This document shows positions 13,036 through 23,400 of a stretch of DNA of 64,000 bases, in pieces. Position numbers and translations under genes: made by a program. The DNA lies in the NCBI RefSeq assembly GCF_036365525.1, contig NC_090399.1:50128430-50192429 (forward strand), in the 5' to 3' direction. A model generated the notes under the pieces. The model searched no databases and had not been told where the DNA came from. It saw only the letters and a list, made by a program, of their open reading frames with translations. The stretch's first letter is position 1; each line of letters opens with the position of its first letter. This DNA comes from Heterodontus francisci. Taxonomy: Eukaryota.

Positions 13036-13396
13036 GGTTAACTTTGCATTCCAGGATGATCCTGGAACAGTGGACAGTTTTAGCAGGTTTAGATTAGTCA
13101 TTGAGAAGACCAAAGAACAATCTAAAGTAGAACTTCTAAATTGGAAGAGAACAAATGAGACATCCTTGTTTAAGACAGGGCATAAGTACATTCCTAGTAA
13201 CTACAAGCCAGTTAGTTTAACATCAGTGATGGGTAAGGTTTTAGAAGCAATAATCAGGGAAAAAGTCAACAAGCACTCAGAGGTTCGAGTTAAAGATAGT
13301 CAGCATGGATATATAAAAAGCAGGTACTGCTTGACTAATCTAATCACATTTTTTGAAGAAGGAACAGAGAAGATTGATGAAGAGAAATCAATGGAT

Positions 13397-15875
13397 CAAA
13401 AACAAAAAGTGCTGGAAATACACAGCAGGTCTGGCAGCATCTGTGGAGAGAGAAGCAAAGTTAACGTTTCAGGTCTGTGACCTTCCATCAGAACTGGCAA
13501 AGGTTAGAAAGGAATTAGGTTTTAAGCAAGTGAAGGGGAGGAGGGGTGGGGGAGAGAACAAAGGGGAAAGTGCTTGATAGGGCAGGACAGATTAAATAAC
13601 AAAGCTGTCCTGGGACAAAGTCAAAGTGTGTGTTCATGCTTGTGGTGAAAGACAAAATATTAGCCCAGAGACAGTGTCAATAGCAGAATAATGAGCAGCT
13701 CTGACTACATGAAAAGCAGGGACATGGTTAAAAAATAAAATATTAAAAGGCCAGTTATTGAACTCAATGTTCAGAATGCAAGGCTGTAGAGTGTCTAATC
13801 AAAAGATCAGGTGCTGCTCCTCGAGCTTGCGTTGATGTTCACTGGAACACTGGAGCAGGCCAAAGACACAAATGTTGGCATGAGAGCAGGGGGGAATGTT
13901 GAAATGGCAAGCAACCAGAAGTTCGGGATCATGCTTTCGGACTGAGCGGAGGTGTTCAGCAAAGTGGTCACCCAGTCTGCATTTGGTCTCCCCAATGTAG
14001 AGGAGACAGCATTGTGAATACAGTATACTACATTGAAAGAAGTACAAGTAAATCGCTGCTTCACCTGAAAGGAGTGTTTGGGGCCTTGGATAGTGAGGAG
14101 AGAGGAGGTAAATAGGCAGGTACTGCACTTCCTACAGTTGCATGGGAAGGTGCCATGGGAAGGGGACGAGGTGTCGGGGGTAATGGAGGAGTGGACCAGG
14201 ATGTCATGGAGGGAATGATCCATTCGGAATGCTGACAGGGGAGGGGAAGACGTGTTTGGTGTTGGCATCACGCTGGAGGTGGTGGAAATGACAGAGGATG
14301 ATTCTCTGGATATGGAGGCTGGTGGAGTGGAAAGTGAGGACAAGGGGAACCCTGTCGCGGTTCTGGGAGGGAGGGGAAGGGGTGAGGGTAGAGGTGCGGG
14401 GAATGGGTCAGAACGCCATATCAACCACAGTGGGGAGGAATCCTCGGTTGAGGAAAAAGGAAGACATATCAGAAGCTCTGTCATGGAAGATAGCACTATC
14501 AGATCAGATGTGTTGGAGATGGAGAAACTGGGAGAATGGAATGGAGTCCTTACAGGAGGCAGGGTGTGAGGAAGTGTAGTCGAGGTAACTGTGGGAGTCA
14601 GTGGGCTTGTAATGAATATTAGTGGACAACCTATCCCCAGAGATGGGGACAGAGAAGCCGAGGAAGGGAAGGGAAGAGTTGGAGATGGACCATGTAAAGG
14701 TGAGAGACGGGTGGAAATTGGAAGCAAAGTTGATAAAGTTTTCCAGTTCTGGGTGGGAGCAGGAAACGGCACTGATATAGTCATCAACGTACGGGAGGGG
14801 GCCTGAGTTGGACTGGAACAAGAAATTTTCCACATATCCCACAAGAAGACAGGCATAACTAAGACCCATGCGGGTACCCATAGCAACACCTTTTACTTGA
14901 AGGAAGTGAATGGAGTTGAAGGAGAAATTGTTCAATGTGAGAACAAGTTCAGCCAGGCGGAAGAGGGTGGTGGTGGATGGGGACTGGTTGGGCCTCTGTT
15001 CAAGGAAGAAGCAGAGAGTCCTCAAACCGTCCTTGTGGGGGATGGAGGTGTAGAGAGATTGGACATCCATAGTGAAGAGGAAACGATTAGGGCTGGGAAA
15101 CTGGAAATTGTCAAAATGACGTAGGGCCTCAGAAAAGTCACGGATGTAGGTGGGAAGAGACAGCAGAGAAAAAGATAGAGACAAGATAGGAAGAAATAAG
15201 TTCAGTGGGGCAGGAACAGGCTGACACAATGGGTCTGCCAGGACAGTCCTGTTTGAAGGAGGTAGAAGCGGGCTGTTGGGTGTTGTGAGACTATGAGGTT
15301 GGAAGCTGTAGAGGGAATATCTCCGAAGGAGATGAGGTCATTGACAGTCCTGTGGACAGTAGCTTGTTGTTCAGTGGTGGGGTCATGGTCCGGGGAGGTA
15401 GGAAGAAGTGTCTGAGAGTTGGCGCTCAGCCTCTACAAGGTACAGGTTGGTACGCCGGACAACAACAGCACCACCCTTGTCTGCAGGTTTGATCACAATG
15501 TCAGGGTTAAACCTGAGAGAATGGAGTGCAGCAGGTTCAGAGGAAGATAGGTTAGAGTGAATGAGGGGAGTAGAGAAATTGACATGGCAGATATCTCGCT
15601 GACAGTTCTCAAAGAATCTCCACTCAGTCCGAAAGCATGATCCTGAACTTCCGGTTGCTTGCCATTTCAACACTCCCCCCTGCTCTCATGCCAACATTTG
15701 TGTCTTTGGCCTGCTCATGTTCCAGTGAATATCAACACAAGCTCGAGGAGCAGCACATGATCTTTCAATTAGGCACTCCACAGCCTTGTGGATGCTGCCA
15801 AACCTGCTGAGTATTTCCAGCACTTTTTGTTTTTGTTTCAGATTTCCAGCATTTGCAGTATTTTGCTTTTATGTT
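13397..15875 (-). mobile_element. Penelope-like element (RT + GIY-YIG) with inverted terminal pseudo-LTR
   Basis: RT motifs IKPADKGGAVVV, FTMDVQSLYTSIPH, GVAMGTRMG, YVDD; GIY-YIG NVVYCI..LYIGETKCRL..EH. 15615-15875 is an inverted copy of the 3' end. Flanked by agaaatcaatggat / agaaagcaatggat. Confidence 0.9.
13458..13496 (-). ncRNA. minimal type-I hammerhead ribozyme motif in the Penelope pLTR (core variant)
   Basis: Minus strand AGTT-CTGATGGA-AGGTC-ACA-GACCT-GAAAC-GTTA-ACT: stem II AGGTC/GACCT, palindromic AACGTT stem III; core reads CUGAUGG instead of CUGAUGA. Confidence 0.6.
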
Positions 15876-17719
15876 AGAAAGCAATGGATGTTGTCTATTC
15901 AGGTTTTAAGAAAATGCTGACAAAGCACCACATAAAAGGCTGATTAACAAACTTGCAGCTCATGGAATAGGAGTATCGGTGCCCGATTGTAAAAAAAAAT
16001 TGGCTGAAGGATAGAAAACCAGGAGTCGTCGTAACTGGTTGCTTTTCAGACTGGAGGATGGTAGACAGTGGTGTTCCCCAAGGGTCAGTACTAGGACCAC
16101 TGCATTTTTTGCCATATATAAATGACTGGGATATTGGAATACAGAGTAAAATTTCAAAATTTGCTGATGATAACAAACTTGGAGGTGTGGCAACCAGTGA
16201 GGATGATATAAATCATCTGCAACAGGACATAGAAAGGCCAGCAGAATGGGCTGACAAATGGCAGATGGAATTAGTACAGAGAAATGTGAGGTGATACATT
16301 TTGGCAGAAGTGATAGGGAGAGGCTATATATGCTTAATGGCACAGTTCTAAAGAGTGTGCAGGAACAGAGGGACCTGGGGCTGCATGTGCATACATGGAG
16401 CGGGGAAATGGGACTAATTGCTCGACAGAGAGCAGATTCAATTGCCGAATGACCTCCTCTGTGTTGTAATGATTCCATGACTCTACGAGAGCAGAACCTG
16501 ATAATGCTTTATGTGATCTGGGCAGATCTGGCGATGAATGGCTAATCTGGTTATCAGCCACAAACATTGGATTTAAGGGAAGTGGAAAATGAGGACAGTA
16601 CCAGGGGGAATGAGCAGGGTGAGAAAGTAATGGTTTTAATGGGATGTAAGGTGGAGTTGAGGATGTGATTGAGCAGATCAGTAGCTGCAGGAATGTTATG
16701 ATGAACAGTGGGCAAAAGGTAGGTAGTTGGGAATTTGAAAGTGTGCTTGTAAGTGACTTGGGGAAGGGACTTAACTAGGGGAAGACACAGAAGGAAGTGA
16801 AGTTGAGAGGATGTGAAAGGAGAGGGATAAAAGGAAGTGATCAGAGGTGGCCTTACCCAGGGCTGAAAGCAATGCAATATAGAGGCCACGTGATAAGGTT
16901 ATGTGAATATGGGTGGGAGAATTTATATGGTGGGGGGGGGGGGGGGGAGCGGGGGAGAGGTTAATGAGGACAGGAGGGCAGTGATTTCAGAGTACAGGGC
17001 AAGTTCAATTGATTTCCATTCGTACCTATCCAGTCATAACCAAAGTGTCACATGCAAGGCTTCTCATCTTGCTTCTGCACTGCTCCTTTGATGTCCCCCA
17101 AGCATCTATCCTTGCCCCCTCCAATTTCTAATCTAAATGCTGGCCCTCGGTGAATTCATTTGAAAAGATAACATCAGGTTCCACATGTACACTGACTTCA
17201 CACAATTCTGCCGACATGTGAATATATTTGCCCGATGGATCAATGAATGTATTCTAGCACTTGCACACCGTCTCTGCATCATGCTTCCTTGCAAGGCCTG
17301 AATGGCCATATGGGAGACTGGGAGATTTCCTGGTGCCCCTGTGAATGGTTCCACAGCATTTCCCCTTCATCGTGTGAACCCCTTTTGAGGGAGCCCCAGT
17401 CTGTCCCAGCTTCCGAGCGTAGCACATTGCTCAAACACACATTTTATAGACTGCCTTTAGCACGTTCTGCATAAGGCACTCCAAGTATGTTATATTATGT
17501 TGGACATGCTGAACAGGAATTTGTCAGCTGCTGCTCTGATGGTGGACTACACGCTTAACTTCGAGCTTTGTTGAAAGGGTTTAGATGTTTGTAAACTGAG
17601 TGATTTTAGCATAACGCACTTGTGCCATCTGAACCCTGAGATCGAACTGCATTGAAGTCCCATATAGAAAGCTTTCAAGTTACTTACTATTCATATTTAT
17701 AACTTTTTAAAATTTGACT

Positions 17720-18632
17720 ACCTCATCATCACCTATTACAAGCTTTCCACATCCTCTGATTTGTCATGCTGCTTATTTGACATCCAGTTCTGGATGAGCA
17801 GAAATTTCTACCAATTAAATATTGGGAAGACTGACACCATTATCTTCAGTCCCCATCACAAACTCTGTTCCACAGTTACTGACTCCATCCCTCTCCTCGG
17901 CAACAGTCTTAGACTAAACCAGTCTGTTTACAACCCTGGTTTCATATTTGACCCTGAGATGAGCACATGACCAAATTTCTGCCCCATCACCAATACCTCC
18001 TACTTCCATCTCCGTAACATCACCTATCTCAGCTCATCTGCTGCTGAAACCCTCATTCATGCTTTTGTTACCTCCAGACTTGACTATTCCAATGCTCTAC
18101 TGGTTGATCTCCAACATTCTACCCTCTGTAAACTTGAGGTCATTCAAAACTCTGCTGCCAATGTCTTAACTCACACCAATTCCTGTTCCCCTATCACCCC
18201 TGTGCTCACTGACCTACACTGGCTTCTGGTCAAGCAATATCTTGATTTTAAAATTCTCATCCCGCCATGGACCCCACCCCTCCCTATCTCTGTAATCTCC
18301 TCCAGCCCCATAACCCTCGGGATATCTGCACTCTTCTAATTCCGGCCTCTTAGGCATCCCCGGTTTTAATCACTCCACCATTGCTGGCTGCGCCTTCAGC
18401 TGCTTAGGCCCTAAGCTCTGGAATTCCCTCCCTACACCTTTCAGCCCCCCTGCCTGTCTCTCCTTCTTTAAGGTGCCCTTTAAATCCTACTTCTCTGACC
18501 AATGTTTTGATCACCTGTCCTAATATTTCCTTCTGTGGCTCAGTGTCAAATTTTGTTCGGTAACGCTCCTGTGAAAGGCCTTGGCGCATTTTACTACATT
18601 GAAGGTGCTATATAAATGCAAGCTGTTGTTTT
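17720..18632 (+). mobile_element. L2-type LINE 3' fragment
   Basis: DIQFWMSRNF.QLNIGKT, ETLIHAFVTSRLDYSNALL, PITPVL.DLHWL, and an L2 3' tail ending gctatataaatgcaag-ttgttg. Confidence 0.8.
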
Positions 18633-18899
18633 TGCTGATTTAATCATGAGAATAAGATCATGGATTGTAAGGGCCTTGTTCACATGCAAATGGATTTTCT
18701 GGAGGGAGAGTGAAGAGATGGGCGGTGAGAGCTGATCTGCTGACAGGGTTGATCAGTGCTGGAAGGGGATGGGAAAGATGTTGGTGAGATTTACCCCCGG
18801 GGGCACACCAGGTCGGAAGGCTGGGGAGCGAGCAGGCTGAGACAGTTGCGATTGCTGCCTCTGGGATTGCTATGGGTAAGAAGGCAACGGCGACTCAGT

Positions 18900-19320
18900 G
18901 AATGGTGAGACAGGGAGAGTGATAGAGAGAGAGACAGGGAAGGAGAGGTGGAGAGTTAGTGATACAGGTAAAGAGAGTGATGGGGAAGGAAAGTGATATA
19001 GAGAGAGTGATATAAAGTGAGAGAGAAAGAGTGACACAGAGAGAGAATTTGATATAGATAGACGGACAGTGATACAGAGAGTGATATGGAGAGAAAGTGT
19101 GATGGGGGAAGAGAGCGAGTGACACAGGAGACACAATGTGATATGGAGAGAGCGATATAGAAAGAGGAAGACAGTGATAAAGTTTGAGAGAGTAATATGG
19201 AGAGAGAGTGAGAGTGATATAGAGAGTGAGGGAGAGAGGGATACGAAGAGAGAAAATTAGAAAGAGAGACAGTCAGTTAGAGACTGAAAGACTGAAACAC
19301 AGAGAGGTAGAGAGTGTGGG
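18900..19320. repeat. GA-rich low-complexity tract in intron 1
   Basis: Degenerate gagagtgatatagagaga repeats. Confidence 0.8.
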
Positions 19321-19475
19321 TACTCTCTACTGTGAGTCCAATGTCGCAACACACATCCCAATGACACTGACACTTCCAATCCCAGTCAAATCTCAGGGCG
19401 TTTCCTGCCCAGACCCTGAGCTGTAGAAATGAGAAAGAGAGAGAGTGAGAATGGAAAACTGAATTCTGTACTTAC

Positions 19476-19527
19476 CGGGATAGACCCAGGAAAAACACAG
19501 GGAGATGGAGAAAAGGATCAGCAACAT
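19476..19527 (-). CDS. MHC class I gene A, exon 1 (signal peptide)
   Basis: ATG at 19527; MLLILFSISLCFSWVYP plus phase-1 G, donor GTAAG. 52 bp, splices in frame to alpha1 (G+AC=Asp). Confidence 0.88.
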
Positions 19528-19708
19528 TCTGGGAATCCACTGTCCCTATTCCGTCAGTGACTGGGAATAAAACACTCCAAGGGGGACACAATTACTGCCT
19601 ATTAACTGGAAAAACAGGTAAAACAACAAATCGACCGAGACCTCATTTACTGTCGAACTTGAACTTTGATCATTTTCTGAACTGCAGCTGCAGAACCTGT
19701 GGGTGATG

Positions 19709-19813
19709 ATTGGTTAGTCTCTAAAAAATAACCCAATGAAAGGTTAAACTGCCGCCTGTCACCAGGAAGCTGAGAGTCAGACAGGCTGAGATTCAGACTG
19801 TGAAACAGAAACT
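19709..19813 (-). promoter_or_regulatory. MHC class I proximal promoter: ISRE, S, X, Y, CCAAT
   Basis: Gene strand: AGTTTCTGTTTCA (ISRE, 19813-19801), CAGCCT (S, 19788-19783), 16 bp, CCTGGTGACAGGCGGCA (X, from 19766), ATTGG (Y, 19737-19733), 19 bp, CCAAT (19713-19709); ~180-290 bp upstream of the ATG. Confidence 0.75.
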
Positions 19814-19854
19814 CAGAGTGAGATTGAACAGGTGTCAGAGACCAACTCCAGTGT

Positions 19855-20010
19855 AAAGAGAGGAGACACGGGGATCCTGGGCTCCCCCTCACAGTAAACA
19901 CACTGACACTGGTCCCACTCCCACTGGGAACTGTTAAACTGTCTCTGGTCAGACTGGAGTTATACCACAACAAGTTACATTTATAAACCACCTTTCATAT
20001 AGTGAACATC
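19855..20010. repeat. ~150-bp upstream unit, copy 1 (other copies ~28428-28546 and ~53606-53710)
   Basis: Shared core cacactgacactggtcccactccc..gggaactgttaaactg.ctctgg.cagactggagttata..acaa. Confidence 0.8.
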
Positions 20011-20438
20011 TTTTTTCCAAAAATATACTTTATTCATAAAAATGTGCAAAAAATACATTACAAAACAGTTCAAAGCAGGTCAAATTTGACATTTCAGAAA
20101 GTCCAATAGCGATCAGCTTCCTTCGATACAGAACATGCGTTGCCTCACAACTCTTTCCATTCCATTTTATATGCAATGTACATTTGCATTACACAGCAAA
20201 AACATTTCTGGTGCATCCAGCCCAAGGGGTTTTACACAGGTTCCAGCCCCTCGGTATACCATGGCAGGGGGACCTTACACTGTGGTCTTTCCCATTGAGC
20301 CTTTGTAGCGGCTGCCCCAAGCTTTAATGTGTCCCTCAGCATGTAGTCCTGGACCTTGGAATGTGCCAGTCTGCAACATTTGGTTGTGGCCAACTCTTTG
20401 CACTGGAAGATCAGCAGGTCTTGGCAGACCAAAGAGCG
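20011..20438 (-). mobile_element. Tx1-clade LINE copy A (3' fragment)
   Basis: 3' UTR tttcc-aaaatatactttattcataaaa and ORF2 C-terminus CCRLAHSKVQDY.LRD.LKLG. Confidence 0.85.
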
Positions 20439-20446
20439 TTAACAGA

Positions 20447-23400
20447 TTTTTTATTTCCGAAATATACTTTATTTATAAAAATCTGTAAAAAATACATTAT
20501 AAAACAGCACCAAGTCAAAAAATACGAACAGTGCAAAGGAGGTCAGTTTCTTTCAACACAATCATGAGTTGCCTCACAACCCTTCCATTTCATTTTTCAT
20601 GCCGTGTACATTTTACAGCAAACTAATATTTTCCCGATACGGTTCGAGGGGTTTCCCATGGATCCAGCCCCTCAGTCCAGCTTGGTGGGGGGACCTTACA
20701 CTGTGGTCTTTCCCCATTGAGCCTTTGCTGCGGCTGCACCAAGCTTTAGTGCGTCCCTCAGCACGTAGTCCTGGACCTTGGAATGTGCCAGTCTGCAACA
20801 TTCGGTCGTGGACAACTCTTTGCGCTGGAAGACCAGCAAGTTCCGGGCAGACCAAAGGACGTCTTTCACCGAATTGATAGTCCTCCAGCAGCAGTTGATG
20901 TTTATCCTGTTGTGCATCCCTGGGAACAGCCCGTAGAGCACAGACTCCTGTGTTACAGAGCTGCTTGGGATGAACCTCGACAAAAAACCACTGCATCTCT
21001 TTCCACACCTGCTTTGCAAAGACACATTCTAGAAGGAGGTGGGCAACCGTCTCTTCCCCACCACAGCCACCTCGAGGGCATTGTGCAGAGGGGGTGAGAC
21101 TTCGAGCGTGCAGGAAGGATCTGACGGGGAGGGCTCTTCTCACCACCTGCCAAGCTACATCTTGGCGCTTGTTTGAAAGTTCTGGTGATGAGGCATTCCG
21201 CCAAATGACTTTGATGGTCTGCTCGGGGAACCATCCGACAGGATCTACCATCTCGTTTTCCCGTAGGGCCTTGAGGACATTCCGTGCAGACCACTGTGTG
21301 ATGGATCGGTGGTCAAAGGTGTTTTTCCGCAGAAACTTTTCCACGAAGGATAGGTGGTATGGCACGGTCCAACTGGATGGAGCGCTCCGCAGCAATGTGA
21401 CCAGGCCCATCCTTCGCAACACCGGGGACAGATAGAACCTCAGCACGTAGTGACACTTGGAGTTTACGTACTGGAGGTCTACACACAGCTTGATGCAGCT
21501 GCACACGAAGGTAGTCATCAGGATGAGGGCAATGCTGGGTACATTTTTCCCACCCTTATCCAGAGGTTTGAACATGGTGTCCCTCCGGACCTGGTCCATT
21601 TTAGATCCCCAGATGAAGCGGAAAATAGCTCAGGTGACTGCCACAGCCAGACCTGCGCCACGTACAGCAACAACGTGAGCGCCTCGCACCTGATGACCAG
21701 GTTCTTACCCACAATGGAGAGAGATCGCTGCTCCCACATACTCAGCTTTTGTTGTACTTTGGCTACTCGCTCCTTCCAGGTTTTGGTGCACGCCCCGGCC
21801 CTTCTGAACCATATCCCCAGCATCTTCAGGTAGTCTGACCTAACAGTGAAGGGGACAAAGGATCGGTCAGCCCAGTTCCCAAAGAACATGGCCTCGCTCT
21901 TGCCGTGGTTAACTTTGGCTCCCGAGGCCAGTTTGAACTGGTCATAGATGCTCACCAGTCTGCGCACAGACAGCGGATCCGAGCAGAAGATGGCAACGTC
22001 ATCCATGTACAGGGAGGTTTTGACCTGAGTGCCTCCACTGCCTGGGATTGTCACCCCTCTTATGCTCGCATCCTTCCTAATAGACTCAGCAAAGGGTTCA
22101 ATACAGCAAACAAACAAGACCGAGGAGAGAGGACAGCCCTGTCTGACTCCAGATTGGATCGGGAAACTTTCTGATTCCCACCCATTGATTGAGACTGCGC
22201 TACTGATGTTTGTGGAGAGCAGTTTGATCCAATTGCAGATTCCGTCCCCAAACCCCATTTTGGAAAGCACGTCCATCATGTAGGTGTGCGATATCCTGTC
22301 AAAGGCCTGCTCTTGATCCAGGCTGATGAGGCAGGTGTCCACCCTCCTGTCCTGCACATAGGTGATCGTATCCCTGAGTAGCGCGGGACTATCAGAGATC
22401 TTCCTGCCGGGTACAGTACAGGTCTGATCAGGGTGAATCACCAACTCCAGAGCAGACTTGACTCGACTGTCTATGACTTTGGACAGAATCTTGTAGTCAA
22501 CATTAAGCAGTGAGATGGGCCGCCAATTTTTGATTTCTGCCCTCTCCCCCTTCCGCTTGTAAATGAGGGTGATGATGCCTTTCCTCATGGATTCTGACAT
22601 GCTGCCGGCCAGGAGCATACTCTCGTATACTTCCAGCAGGTCCGGGCCGACCCAGTCCCACAGGGCCGAGTACAACTCGACCGGTAAGCCATCGCTTGCG
22701 GGAGTTTTACTCGTCTCGAAGGACTTGACGGCCTTTGTCAGCTCGTCCAGAGTTAGCGGCTTGTCCAGTCTCTCCCTCCTGCTGTCATCTAAGACCTCTG
22801 TGATAGATGACAGGAAGGACTGGGAGGCTCTGCTGTCTGTGGGCTTCACGTCATACAGCCCAGCATAAAAGGATTTGCTGATCCTTAGTATGTCGGACTG
22901 CGAAGACGTTACCGAGCCATCCTCTTCCTTTAGTCTGCTGATAGCAGAGCTCTCTCTGTGTACCTTTTGGAAGAAGTAATGCGAGCACGTCTCATCCTGC
23001 TCGATGGAGCGGACTCTGGACCGGAAGTTGATCTTGGAGGCCTCCGTGGCAAAGAGCGAGGCCTTCTGGCTCTTCACCTCATAGAGGTCCTCCTTGACCT
23101 CGACCCCCATCGACTGCAACCGGAGCAGATTTTGCATTCTTCTCTGGAGTCGGGACATTTTTCTCTTTCTCTCTCTTGTCCTCTGAACACCTTTGAAGAT
23201 AAAGACCCTCTTGATGTTCTCCTTGATCGCCTCCCACCAGTGAACTGGAGACTCAAAGAGGGGTTTCACGGTTCTCCGACCTTTGTAATCCCTTTTGAGT
23301 TCCTCAATGTTCTCTGGGGTTAGCAGTGTAGCATTGAGCTTCCATCTCCCCCTGCCAACCCGCTGGTCGTCCTGTAAGTGACAGTCGGCCAGTAAGAGGC

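Larger units (their letters stand above)
13040..16490 (+). mobile_element. CR1 LINE ORF2 fragment split by a Penelope insertion
   Basis: NYKPVSLTSVMGKVLE..SQHG..CLTNLITFFE (13180-13396) resumes after 15876 with SGVPQGSVLGP, KFADD.KL. Confidence 0.85.

Noticed and set aside
13807-14889. 360-aa Ser/Pro-rich ORF
   Set aside because: Mostly an alternative frame of the frameshifted Penelope ORF; not a host gene.
4442-19527. Assigning a gene symbol (UAA, UEA, CD1, MR1, ZAG)
   Set aside because: Anchor loss excludes classical UAA; the lineage cannot be assigned without a phylogeny.
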